The notes under the pieces were generated by a model. That model was not told where the DNA came from, did not search any database, and saw only the letters and a list, made by a program, of their open reading frames with translations. A stretch of 64,000 bases of DNA from a virus (lineage: Duplodnaviria > Caudoviricetes), in the IMG/VR virus record IMGVR_UViG_3300021411_000005, positions 1 through 64,000 of that record. One strand, written 5' to 3'. Positions 32,220 through 42,092 of this stretch are shown piece after piece. Within the stretch, counting starts at the first letter, position 1; every line of letters begins with the position of its first letter. The translations under genes and the position numbers were made by a program.

Positions 32220-35200
32220 CGGCCGCCGCGGTGACGGAGGTCTCCCCCGTCCATGCGGAGGAACTGGCATCGAGCTGCATCGGGGCGGACCACATCGCAG
32301 CGCGCGGCTACCGCACGCTGTACGGCAGCGACGACGACCGGGCGGAACTGAAGACCCTGCGGATCCCGCGGTTCATGTGGCGCCACGACACGGCGTTCCC
32401 CGGGCTGCTCATCCCGGAGTACCGGGTGACCGGGGAGCTGATCGGCTACCAGTGGAAGCCCGCGGTCCCGCAGCGGAACTCCGACGGGAAGCCGGTGAAG
32501 TACGCCTCCCAGTCGGGGACGCCGAACCACCTGGACATCCCGCCGCTGGTCAGCGACAAGGTAAGGGATCCCAGCAATCCGCTGTGGATCACCGAAGGCG
32601 TGAAGAAGGCGGACTGCCTGGCCACGCTGGAGAAGGCCGTCATCACACTGACCGGCGTCTACAACTGGCGGAGCAAGCTGGGCACGCTGGGGGACTGGGA
32701 GGACATCCCGATCCAGGGGCGGACCGTCGTGGTCTGTTTCGACTCCGACGCGCGCAGCAAGCGGCCGGTCATGCTGGCCATGCGCCGTCTGGGGCTCTGG
32801 CTCCAGTCCAAGGGCGCCGCGGAGGTCCGGTACCTGATCGTCCCCTCCGAGGTTCCGCAGGGGGAGGACCGGGCCGCCGTTGAGGTCAAGGGCGTGGACG
32901 ACTACTTCCACGCCGGGGGAACCCTGGAGGATCTGGGGGGCCACGCGGCGCGGGAGCTGCCGGTGGACGGCGCACGGGACGCGGCCTTCTCGGACGCGGT
33001 CCTGGCCGACACGGTGTGCAGTGAGGAGCTGGAGGGCCAGTACAAGTGGTCGTCCGGCCTGGGCTGGATGGTCTGGACGGGGAAGTTCTGGAAGAGCGCG
33101 GAAGACGTCACGGTGACCGAAGCCGTACGGCTGTGGGTCCTGTCCCAGTTCCACCGGGTGATCGACCTCCAGGGCGCGGACCCGAACCGGGACATGCGCT
33201 CCCAGATCGATGGCTGGCGCAGTGCGCTGGCCGCGTCCAAGCTCAGCAGCCTGGTCAAGCTCAGCCGGGGAATCCTGGAGTGCGACGCATCGGATTTCGA
33301 CTCCGATGCGGACGTCCTGAACTGCCCGAACGGCATTCTGGACCTGCGCACGGGCGTGCTGACGACGCACGACCCGGACCGGCTGATGACGAAGATGGCC
33401 GGGGTGGACTACGTCAAGGGCGCGCAGCACCCGGACTGGGACACTGCGCTGACCGCCCTGCCCGCCGATGTCCTGGAGTGGTTCCAGCTCCGCATCGGAC
33501 AGGCCCTGACCGGCCACCTGACCCCGGACGACCTGGCCGTCATCTGCCAGGGAGGCGGGGAGAACGGCAAGTCCACGGTCTTCAACGCGCTGACCACGGC
33601 CGCGGGGAAGTACCACATCACCGTGGCGGACCGGGCGATGCTGGGCAACGCCAGCGACAACCACCCCACGGAGATGACCGATTTCCTGGGTGCACGGTTC
33701 GCCATTCTGGAGGAGACCCCGGAGTCCCGGCGGCTGGACACCAACCGGCTGAAGAAGCTGGTCGGCACCCGGGAGATCACCGCCCGGAAGATCCGGCAGA
33801 ACGACATCACGTTCACCACGACACACAGCCTCTTCGTGAACACGAACTTCCGCCCGGTGGTGGATGAGACCGACCACGGGACCTGGAGGCGCCTGGCGCT
33901 GCTCATCTTCCCGTACACGTACCGGAAGACCCCGGCGGAGGTTCTGGGGCCCCAGGACCGCCTGGGGGACGGCGCGCTGCGCCAGCGGATAGAGACCCAG
34001 CCGGTCATGGAGGCCGCACTGGCCTGGGCCGTCCAGGGCGCTCAGCGCTGGTACGACATGGAGCGGATCATGCCGGACATGCCGGACCGGGTGCGGGGGG
34101 ACACCCTGGGGTGGCGGAAGGAGAGTGACCCGGTGATGACCTTCGTGGACGAAGAGATCGTGTTCGATCCGGACGCTTTCATCATCGGCTCAGAACTACG
34201 GAGCGTGTTCAACCACAAGATCACGGAGAAGGGCGGCCGGGAGTGGGGCGACAAGACGTTCAGCGCCCGTTTCGGGGGCCATGACCTGGTGGTTCAGCAC
34301 GGTGTGGAGTACAAGGTCACCAAAAACGGAACGGGCCTCTCCACCCGCCTGCGGAACCCCTCTTCGGCGTCCACCGTACGAGCCTGGCGAGGCGTCCGAT
34401 TCTCCGATCCGGACGCCGAAACAGGGGGTGGGGCTGAGAACGACCCATTTGGAAAATCCCCGGTCGGAGGGGGTAACCAAGATCAGGTTACGGCAGTTAC
34501 ATCTGCGCCGATAAGCACAAATCCTGGATCTCGCATAGAGGTTAACCGCCAACGTGTAACTGCTGTAACCGATCTTGAAATCACCCTTCCCAGCGATCAA
34601 GGAAATGAGGAAGAATTGGAGAACTCGATCATGCTTCCCGATGATCCTTTCGGTGAGGCGGAGGACCCCCCGGCCGCTGTGTGGGAGGGCCCGCTGCCGG
34701 ACCGGGTGACATTCGACCTGGAGACCGCTTCGGCCGACGAAATGTTTACTTACGGTGACGGTTTCGTCCGGCTGGCGGGCTTCGCGGCCGACGACGGAGA
34801 ACCGCGCACCGGGGTGGATATCGGGCAGCTTGTCTGGCTGCTGGAGCGCGTCCCGTCGGCCAGCCACAACGGCATGCAGTTCGACGGTCCGGCGCTGGCC
34901 TACCACCACGGGATGGACTGGGAGAAGTTCAGCGCGCTGGCGGAGGACACGGAGATCAAGGCCCGGCTGGCCGACCCCCCGCGGTCCAAGGAAACCGGCG
35001 GGTCGGACGACAAGTACGACCTGGACCACACCGCGGAGAAGCTGGGGGTCCGGGGCAAGACCGACAGCGCGAAGCGGCTGAAGAACAAGTTCGGCGGCTG
35101 GGACCGGATCCCGCAGGACGACCCGGAGTACCACGCCTACCTGTCGGGTGACGTGGAGGCCGGGCGCGCGGTGGACCGCCTGCTCCCCGTCACGGAGTAC

Positions 35201-36421
35201 GGGCGCCGGGAGCACCGGCTGGCCGGGCTGGCCGGGCGGATGACGCTGAACGGGTGCCGGGTGGACGTCCCGCTGCTGAAGGAGCGGATCCGGGAGGGGC
35301 AGGAGAAGAAGGCTTCCGCCCTGGAGGCGCTCAGCGGTACCTACAGCCTCCCGCTGGGCCGTGAGGTGATGCGGGGCCGCGGGAAGGCGAAGGCGCCCGC
35401 CTGGGAGCCGTTCAGCTCCCCGCTGGCCACTACGGAGGGCGGCGCCTGGCTGGCCGACCTCTGGAAGCAGTTCGGCGTGGTCCGTCCCCCGCGGACTCCG
35501 AACGGCAACCTGTCCACCGCCGCGGAGCGGCTGAAGGAGGTGGCGGAGAACAGGCACTGCCCGCCGGAGCTGAAGACCGCGCTGGAGCTGATGGGGATCG
35601 TCACCACCACCAGGACCGTCTACCAGACCGTGGAGAAGTACCTGACCGTGGAGGGGCGCGTCCATCCGACGGTCAGCATGCGGCAGGCGTCCGGCCGGTG
35701 GTCCGTCACCAAGCCGGGTCTGACCGTCTTCGGCAAGCGGGACGGCCGCCACATCGAACGGGACGTGATCGTCCCGGAGGAAGGCCACCTCCTGGTGACC
35801 TGTGACCTGGCCCAGGTGGACATGCGCGCCGTGGCCGCGCACTGCCAGGACGAGAACTACATGCAGTTGTTCGAGCCCGGCCGGGACGCGCACGCGGAGA
35901 TTGCGGCGCTGATCGGGGTGTCCCGGCAGGACGCCAAGCCGCTGGGCCACGGCTACAACTACGGCATGGGCCGTGCCCGGATGAAGCGGGACGGCCACGA
36001 TCCGGAACTGGTGGACGCGTTTTTCGACGGCATGGAGAGCCAGTTCCCGGTCAAGATGGCGTGGACCAAGGACGTCATTGCCCGGGGCACCGCCGGGGAG
36101 CTGCTGGACAACGGGTTCGGCCGGATGATGCGCTGCGACCCGCGGTCGGCCTACACCGTGGCGCCCGCGCTGATGGGCCAGGGCGGCGCCCGGGACATCA
36201 CCTGTGAAGTGCTGCTCCGGCTGATCGACCGGCACCCGGAGTACCAGCCCTACCTGCGCGCCTACGTCCACGATGAGTTCGTCTTCTCCGTACCGGAGGA
36301 CCGGGCGGAGGAGATCGGGGCGGAGATCAAGGACGCGTTCACCTGGGAGTGGAAGGGTGTGCCGATCCTGGCCGACCTGTCCGGCCCGGGTCCGTCCTGG
36401 GGTGCGGTGAGCGCGAAGTGA
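32216..36421 (+). CDS. primase (DUF3854/Toprim-like) - D5/SF3 helicase - family A DNA polymerase fusion, 1401 aa
   Basis: ITEGVKKAD, CFDSD, KGVDDY; LNCPNG, GGGENGKST, ILEE, VNTN; ExoI FDLET, ExoII HNGMQFD, ExoIII YLSGDV; motif A DLAQVDMR, motif B KPLGHGYNYG, motif C VHDE. No internal stop. Confidence 0.92.
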   Translation: MTAAAVTEVSPVHAEELASSCIGADHIAARGYRTLYGSDDDRAELKTLRIPRFMWRHDTAFPGLLIPEYRVTGELIGYQWKPAVPQRNSDGKPVKYASQSGTPNHLDIPPLVSDKVRDPSNPLWITEGVKKADCLATLEKAVITLTGVYNWRSKLGTLGDWEDIPIQGRTVVVCFDSDARSKRPVMLAMRRLGLWLQSKGAAEVRYLIVPSEVPQGEDRAAVEVKGVDDYFHAGGTLEDLGGHAARELPVDGARDAAFSDAVLADTVCSEELEGQYKWSSGLGWMVWTGKFWKSAEDVTVTEAVRLWVLSQFHRVIDLQGADPNRDMRSQIDGWRSALAASKLSSLVKLSRGILECDASDFDSDADVLNCPNGILDLRTGVLTTHDPDRLMTKMAGVDYVKGAQHPDWDTALTALPADVLEWFQLRIGQALTGHLTPDDLAVICQGGGENGKSTVFNALTTAAGKYHITVADRAMLGNASDNHPTEMTDFLGARFAILEETPESRRLDTNRLKKLVGTREITARKIRQNDITFTTTHSLFVNTNFRPVVDETDHGTWRRLALLIFPYTYRKTPAEVLGPQDRLGDGALRQRIETQPVMEAALAWAVQGAQRWYDMERIMPDMPDRVRGDTLGWRKESDPVMTFVDEEIVFDPDAFIIGSELRSVFNHKITEKGGREWGDKTFSARFGGHDLVVQHGVEYKVTKNGTGLSTRLRNPSSASTVRAWRGVRFSDPDAETGGGAENDPFGKSPVGGGNQDQVTAVTSAPISTNPGSRIEVNRQRVTAVTDLEITLPSDQGNEEELENSIMLPDDPFGEAEDPPAAVWEGPLPDRVTFDLETASADEMFTYGDGFVRLAGFAADDGEPRTGVDIGQLVWLLERVPSASHNGMQFDGPALAYHHGMDWEKFSALAEDTEIKARLADPPRSKETGGSDDKYDLDHTAEKLGVRGKTDSAKRLKNKFGGWDRIPQDDPEYHAYLSGDVEAGRAVDRLLPVTEYGRREHRLAGLAGRMTLNGCRVDVPLLKERIREGQEKKASALEALSGTYSLPLGREVMRGRGKAKAPAWEPFSSPLATTEGGAWLADLWKQFGVVRPPRTPNGNLSTAAERLKEVAENRHCPPELKTALELMGIVTTTRTVYQTVEKYLTVEGRVHPTVSMRQASGRWSVTKPGLTVFGKRDGRHIERDVIVPEEGHLLVTCDLAQVDMRAVAAHCQDENYMQLFEPGRDAHAEIAALIGVSRQDAKPLGHGYNYGMGRARMKRDGHDPELVDAFFDGMESQFPVKMAWTKDVIARGTAGELLDNGFGRMMRCDPRSAYTVAPALMGQGGARDITCEVLLRLIDRHPEYQPYLRAYVHDEFVFSVPEDRAEEIGAEIKDAFTWEWKGVPILADLSGPGPSWGAVSAK
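34487..34569. other. candidate replication origin inside the helicase-polymerase linker
   Basis: GTTACGGCAGTTAC (34487) and GTAACTGCTGTAAC (34556) form a 13/14 inverted repeat around an AT-enriched spacer. Confidence 0.55.
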
Positions 36422-37130
36422 TCGAGAGAGAGAGAGAGAGAGCGGTGTCCGGCCCCGGATCCTGGATCTTTTCGGAGGCGGAGGCGGGGCCGCCATGGGG
36501 TACCACATGGCTGGATGGGATGTGACCGGCGTGGACCTGGCGCCGCAGCCCAACTACCCGTTCCGGTTCGTCCAGGCCGATGCGCTGACCTTCCCACTGG
36601 ACGGCTACGACGCTGTTCACCTGTCCCCGCCCTGCCAGGGGTACGGGCGGCTGCGGCACCGGTCGGGCGGGAAGGTCTATCCGCGGCTGATTGCTCCGAT
36701 GCGGGAACGCCTCTTCCGGGAGGCGCCGGACATGCCGTACGTGATGGAGAACGTGGAGGACGCGCTGCCCCATCTGATCAGTCCGGTGATGCTCTGCGGG
36801 TCGTCGTTCGGCCTTCGGGTGCGTCGACACCGGTATTTCGAAACGAACTGGAAGCTGGTCCCGGTCGGCTGCGATCACGGCTGGCAGGACAGGCACAAGC
36901 CCTACCGGCTGTACGTCGGCAAGGCCCGGACCAACGGGCTCGGGTATCGGGAGAGCGGGATCCAGCAAGTGTTCGGCGGTAACCACAACGTGGGCGGCCG
37001 GTCGCACTTTTTCAAGTCGGTGGCCATGGGGATTGACTGGATGACTGAAACCGAGCTGAACGAGTCGATCCCTCCGGCGTACACCGCTCTGGTGGGAACA
37101 CAACTGATGGAGCTGGTGAGTGCGAAGTGA
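36418..37130 (+). pseudogene. C5-cytosine DNA methyltransferase (short phage type), frameshifted at its 5' end as sequenced
   Basis: Motif I RILDLFGGGGG (36456..36488) lies upstream of the first in-frame ATG (36495), and an in-frame TGA sits at 36408. Downstream motifs SPPCQ, ENV and RRHR are intact. Confidence 0.8.
36424..36442 (+). repeat. (GA)9G simple sequence repeat at the 5' end of the methyltransferase
   Basis: GAGAGAGAGAGAGAGAGAG; the only such tract noticed in the window. Confidence 0.95.
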
Positions 37131-37372
37131 CCGGCTTGCTGGGCCTGGCCGTACGGGTGATGCGGCACGGCATGCTGCCGACACGGGAGCACCTGTCCTG
37201 GGCCCTGGAGGCGGAGGAGTACGTCATCCGGGCGCGGGCGCTGGGGTACAGCCGGGAGGAGGCTGTGGTCCTCCTGCACGAAGCCGTCCAGCGCGGCGGG
37301 TACACGGATCTGGCGCTGCGGCTGATGAAGACCGGCTGGAGGCCGGTGGACCAGGGAGTGAGGAAGACATGA
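37127..37372 (+). CDS. hypothetical protein (81 aa)
   Basis: GTGA coupling. Confidence 0.65.
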   Translation: MTGLLGLAVRVMRHGMLPTREHLSWALEAEEYVIRARALGYSREEAVVLLHEAVQRGGYTDLALRLMKTGWRPVDQGVRKT

Positions 37373-37788
37373 GTGATCAGTCCGAATACCCGCCCGGGGT
37401 GGAAGACCGGGACGGCTACGACGCGATGACGTACCTGGAGGGCGGTACGGAGGAGGCCATGGCCGCAGCCGCGCGGATGGACCTGCGGGCAGCGGCCCGT
37501 GCCGTGGACCCGTCGGGCCTGGTGGGGCGGACGGTCAGGATGAACGCCTTCTGCTCCCGGGAGACGAAGCGGGGTGCGGAGCTGGATCTGTACGCGCAGT
37601 ACGGCGCGGCGCTGGGGTTCAGCCGGGAGCGGGCTCTGGAGATCCTGGAGGAGACCGGGAGCCCGGAGCGGGCCAGGGCGAAGATGTGCGACGGGAGCAT
37701 CCGGGCCGTGAACGCCCTGGTGGCACTGGCTCCGTCGGCTGTCCCGCTGCTGCTCCGGGCCGTCCGGAGGTGGAACCGTGGACGCTGA
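37369..37788 (+). CDS. hypothetical protein (139 aa)
   Basis: ATG 37369 with GAGGAAG. Confidence 0.6.
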   Translation: MSDQSEYPPGVEDRDGYDAMTYLEGGTEEAMAAAARMDLRAAARAVDPSGLVGRTVRMNAFCSRETKRGAELDLYAQYGAALGFSRERALEILEETGSPERARAKMCDGSIRAVNALVALAPSAVPLLLRAVRRWNRGR

Positions 37789-37993
37789 GCAGGCCGATCG
37801 GATAGCCCGGACCAGCGTCCACCCCGCGGCCGTCATCCTGGGGTGCCCCGTGGTCCTGATGGCTGCGGGCTGCCCGGCGGGGGAGGCCGACCGGCTGACC
37901 GAGCAACTGGCCGGTGTGGACCACCGGCCCTACTCGCTGGCCCAGGTTGTCCTGGCCATCGCACTGGTGATGAAGGAAGGCACGGAGTCATGA
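37778..37993 (+). CDS. hypothetical protein (71 aa)
   Basis: GGAGG RBS; ORF track. Confidence 0.6.
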   Translation: MDAEQADRIARTSVHPAAVILGCPVVLMAAGCPAGEADRLTEQLAGVDHRPYSLAQVVLAIALVMKEGTES

Positions 37994-38697
37994 GGAAGTT
38001 CTGGAAGCGGGAAGGCTACTCGGCACGCTGGAACCGGGCGGTGCAGGAGGCCGATGTGGGAGGCGCCATGCGGCGCGGCATGGAGCAGGCCGACCGGGTG
38101 ATGAAGGCGTTCGAGCGGGGCCGGATGTACGAGCGGAAGCAGTGGGAGGCGGCCGTCCGGCTGGGTGCCGGTGCAGCCCGGGACTTCACCCGGCAGATGG
38201 AGGAGCTGCGCCGGATGCCCGGGACCGGTGAGGAGGATCTGGCCCGGGTGAAGGGGCGCGTCCTGGACATGAGCCAGGGCCTGGATGCCGTGAGGAACAG
38301 TGGCCTGACGGCGGAGGAGGCCGACCGGTCGCTCCGGGCCTGGGCCGGTGGCGGAGCCAGCGCAGCATCTCTGGACCGGCAGCGCTGCCCGGAGTGCGGC
38401 TGCACGGACCACAAGTCCTTCGGGCCCTGCTCCTCCACCGGGTGCTCCTGCTCCGGCCTGCCGTTCGGCGTGCTGTCCGAAGAAGCGGAGGCCGGGAGCC
38501 TGGACGGTCCGTGCCGACTGCCGCTGATGTGCTACCACCCGGACCAGACGGCGCGGTGGCGGGTGTCGCTCGATCCGGCCCGGCCCGGGGCGTCGTTCAG
38601 CATCCATGAACGGCGGTGCCCGGACTGCGCTGCGGAGACTGCGGCCTGCGGCCGGGAAGCCGCTCCGCTGCCTCCCTGGATGGTGCCGGGCCAGTGA
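37990..38697 (+). CDS. hypothetical protein with C-terminal Cys-rich motifs (235 aa)
   Basis: ATG 37990; CPECGCTDH...C...CSC; CPDC. Confidence 0.6.
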   Translation: MRKFWKREGYSARWNRAVQEADVGGAMRRGMEQADRVMKAFERGRMYERKQWEAAVRLGAGAARDFTRQMEELRRMPGTGEEDLARVKGRVLDMSQGLDAVRNSGLTAEEADRSLRAWAGGGASAASLDRQRCPECGCTDHKSFGPCSSTGCSCSGLPFGVLSEEAEAGSLDGPCRLPLMCYHPDQTARWRVSLDPARPGASFSIHERRCPDCAAETAACGREAAPLPPWMVPGQ

Positions 38698-38724
38698 TCA
38701 TTACCACGCGGTCATAATCAGATC

Positions 38725-39294
38725 ATGACGTTGGTGATCATCCCGCGGTGCCCTACGCTCCAGCCCAACGGCCGGATGTGCATGCAGCCTGCCGGGAGCC
38801 AGACGGGACACAAGGGCTGGGGCCGGTGCTTCTGGCACCGCGGCCGTACGGCACCGGTAGAGGAAACGTGGAGGAACGCCATGGAGCTGGCCGAACAGCT
38901 CGACATGAACCCGCTGGAAGCGCTGCTCCACTCCGTCAGGGTGGCCGCCGCGCACGCCGCCTGGTCGGACACGCATCTCCGGGAGGCGGTCAGGGCGCAG
39001 GGCGGGGAGCCGGGCGACGAACCGGGGTCCGCGGTGAAGGCGTGGCTGATCGAGTCGCGGAAGGAGCGCACGCTGTTCGCCAAGATCTCCAAGGCAGCGG
39101 TGGACGCAGGGGTGGCCGCCGCACTGGTGGCCAGGGTGGACCTGGAGTCCATGGCCGCAGCCGAAGCCATCCTGGCCGCGGTGGACTCCCTGGAGCTGGC
39201 ACCGGACCAGCGCCAGCGCGCACTGGAGGCGGGGCAGGCGCGGCTCCTGGCCATCGCGGGTCCGGAGGGCTCCGATATGGGGGACTTCGGCTGA
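38725..39294 (+). CDS. possible terminase small subunit-like protein, leaderless start
   Basis: C..C.QPAG..TGH.G.GRC.WH N-terminal motif followed by helices; CATAAT 6 nt upstream of the ATG. Confidence 0.45.
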   Translation: MTLVIIPRCPTLQPNGRMCMQPAGSQTGHKGWGRCFWHRGRTAPVEETWRNAMELAEQLDMNPLEALLHSVRVAAAHAAWSDTHLREAVRAQGGEPGDEPGSAVKAWLIESRKERTLFAKISKAAVDAGVAAALVARVDLESMAAAEAILAAVDSLELAPDQRQRALEAGQARLLAIAGPEGSDMGDFG

Positions 39295-39416
39295 CCCTGT
39301 CAAGGGGCTGCGCCCCATCAATTGCCCTTCCGTGACCTGCCGGTTCCTGTTATCCGGACGGTTCCGGGAGGGCAATTGCGTGCACCGCCCCTTAGACTCC
39401 CCGGACCGACCGATAA

Positions 39417-40061
<645 letters not shown>

Positions 40062-40091
40062 TACGCTGCCGGTACTGCCTGGCCGCAGACG

Positions 40092-40132
40092 AAGGACCGC
40101 AGGTGCCCGTGTGGGGCGCGCCTGCGGTCCTT
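40092..40132. terminator. bidirectional hairpin between convergent genes
   Basis: AAGGACCGCAGG / CCTGCGGTCCTT. Confidence 0.7.
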
Positions 40133-40146
40133 TGCTGTACAGGGGG

Positions 40147-40659
40147 TCAGATCATTCCGCCGGTCCGCTGCTGCGCCGGAGCCACACCCAGGCGGGCCAA
40201 TGCCTCCCGCGCCCGGTCGCGGACCGTACGGGCCGCGCGCAGCTCCGCGGGGACCGGTTCGTCGGTGTTGGCGTCGATGCAGTAGACCGCGTACTCCACC
40301 AGCATCTCCAGTACCGCCGTGCTGGCGGTGACGGTCAGGTAGTAGCTGCGCCCGGCTGTCCGCTGGACGGATGCCTCCATGGCCAGCCGCAGGGCCAGGC
40401 ACTCGCTGTCGCTGTCGTCCTGGCCCTGCGCCACGCCGGTACCGGTGAACCAGTCGGCGAAGGCGCCGGGGACCGTGATCTCCGTGACCGGCTCCGGCGC
40501 GGCGGTGACCGTGGCCTCCTGCCGGGCGTCGAATGCGGCCAGAACCTCCTTCATCTCCGCGTCACCGGCTTCGCGCTGCGCGGTCCGGTTCGCTTCGGTG
40601 GGGTTGGCGGCGTACGCGGCTTCGGCGGTCCGGCGGGCGGCGGTGGAGGGGAAGTCCAT
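40147..40659 (-). CDS. hypothetical early-type protein (170 aa), opposite to its neighbours
   Basis: ATG 40659 after RBS AGGAAGAAGGAAATC and the ACAGCAGCAC leader. Confidence 0.75.
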   Translation of the reverse strand: MDFPSTAARRTAEAAYAANPTEANRTAQREAGDAEMKEVLAAFDARQEATVTAAPEPVTEITVPGAFADWFTGTGVAQGQDDSDSECLALRLAMEASVQRTAGRSYYLTVTASTAVLEMLVEYAVYCIDANTDEPVPAELRAARTVRDRAREALARLGVAPAQQRTGGMI

Positions 40660-40696
40660 GATTTCCTTCTTCCTGGTCTGTGCTGCTGTAGGACCC

Positions 40697-40725
40697 ATAC
40701 TCCTCCGCCGATGGGTGTATGTCAA
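40697..40725 (-). promoter_or_regulatory. early promoter
   Basis: TTGACA-17-GAGTAT; TGTCA-AGTCA-TGACA palindrome over the -35. Confidence 0.8.
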
Positions 40726-40907
40726 GTCATGACACACTCTTTGACCAGGCGTTGGAGGTGGACATGGTCCACCTGTACTGTCCTTCCGGGCACAAGCGCG
40801 GGGTGCACCCGGAGCAGGGGCGGGGACCGGCCGGGCGCAGAGGTACTCCGCCGGGCGCTGGCGCAGGGGCGGCCCCGGTGCAAAGGCAGAGGTACCCCGG
40901 ACACGGC

Positions 40908-40935
40908 GAAGCCCCCGGTTGGCGCCGGGGGCTTC
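40908..40935 (+). terminator. GC-rich hairpin
   Basis: GAAGCCCCCGG / CCGGGGGCTTC. Confidence 0.55.
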
Positions 40936-41028
40936 TGGGTGCTCACCATCCATGCCCGTGAGGAGCAGCGCCAGACTACTCCGGATCGGGCAGTATCGTA
41001 AGATCAGTCCGCCGAAAGGAATCAGCCA

Positions 41029-41880
41029 ATGCCGGATGAAATGGTCACCACCTACGAACACGTCTACACCCCGACGGACCGGCGGCTGGGCCGCCACGTC
41101 CGGCACGACAGCCGGTCCCTGCGTCACGCTGTCGGCGTGCTCCCCCGCAGCGCCATCAAGGCGGTGAGCTGGACCCGGCGCATTCCGATCCTGGACCAGG
41201 GCCAGATCGGGGACTGCGTCCCGAACGCGCTGACCGGCATCCTGGGCACCGACAGCGAGCAGCGCACCGGCCTGGCCCAGGTCACCGTGAAGGCCGATCC
41301 GGGCGGTGTCTTCCAGGGCGGGCCGTACCCGCTGAACGAGTCGTTTGCCGTGCGGCTCTACAGCCTGATCACCGCACTGGACAGCTATCCCGGCCAGTAC
41401 CCGCCGGACGACACCGGCAGCGACGCGCTGGGGGCCATGGCTGCGGCCCAGGCGCTCGGGCTGGCCGGTGAATACCAGCACGCGTTCAGCTACACCGCGG
41501 CGCAGTCGGCCGTCCAGAAGGGCCCGCTGATGTGGGGCACGGAGTGGCTGGAGTCGATGTTCGACACGGACCGCAACGGCTTCCTGGTGGTGGACCGGAA
41601 GAGCGGCGTGGCGGGCGGCCACGAACTGGTGCTGTCCGGGTACGACCCGGACACGGACGTGTGGCAGGCGGACAACTCCTGGGGCACATCGTGGGGTGCC
41701 GACGGCCGGGCTTCCGTCACCGGGGTGAACCTGCGCTGGCTGCTTACCCAGGAAGGGGACATCACGCTGCCGACCTGGATCACGTCCCCGGTCACCCCGC
41801 CCGGCCCGGCGCCGTTCACCGACGCGGAGTTCTGGGAGTACGCACAGCAGTGGGCAGCGGGCAAGGGGTTCACGTCGTGA
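41029..41880 (+). CDS. papain-family (C1) cysteine peptidase
   Basis: ILDQGQIGDCVPNA (Gln, Cys), GGHELVLSGYD (His), DNSWG (Asn). Confidence 0.88.
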   Translation: MPDEMVTTYEHVYTPTDRRLGRHVRHDSRSLRHAVGVLPRSAIKAVSWTRRIPILDQGQIGDCVPNALTGILGTDSEQRTGLAQVTVKADPGGVFQGGPYPLNESFAVRLYSLITALDSYPGQYPPDDTGSDALGAMAAAQALGLAGEYQHAFSYTAAQSAVQKGPLMWGTEWLESMFDTDRNGFLVVDRKSGVAGGHELVLSGYDPDTDVWQADNSWGTSWGADGRASVTGVNLRWLLTQEGDITLPTWITSPVTPPGPAPFTDAEFWEYAQQWAAGKGFTS

Positions 41881-42092
41881 GCTGGCTGCGCCGTACGAGG
41901 GAGCTTCCGGCCGGGCACTTCGTCAGCTACGCCGCATGCCTGGTCCGGCAGGGCGGGGACGGGGTGATCGAGCTTCACGGCTACAGCATGGAGGACGTGA
42001 TCAAGTATCTGGCCTTCCTCCAGAACGGACTCCAGGACGACGTCCCGGACGCCGATTCTCTGGACCTCCTCCGCAACCGGCCGCACCCGTGA
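41877..42092 (+). CDS. hypothetical protein (71 aa)
   Basis: GTGA coupling. Confidence 0.5.
   Translation: MSWLRRTRELPAGHFVSYAACLVRQGGDGVIELHGYSMEDVIKYLAFLQNGLQDDVPDADSLDLLRNRPHP

Noticed and set aside
34330-34700. Intein or intron between helicase and polymerase
   Set aside because: No Cys/Ser...His-Asn splice motifs, no homing endonuclease, and the frame stays open.
15519-37130. 5mC-TET-glycosyltransferase DNA hypermodification pathway
   Set aside because: No 2OG-Fe(II) dioxygenase or hydroxymethylase is recognisable in the window; kept only as an alternative in the sugar finding.
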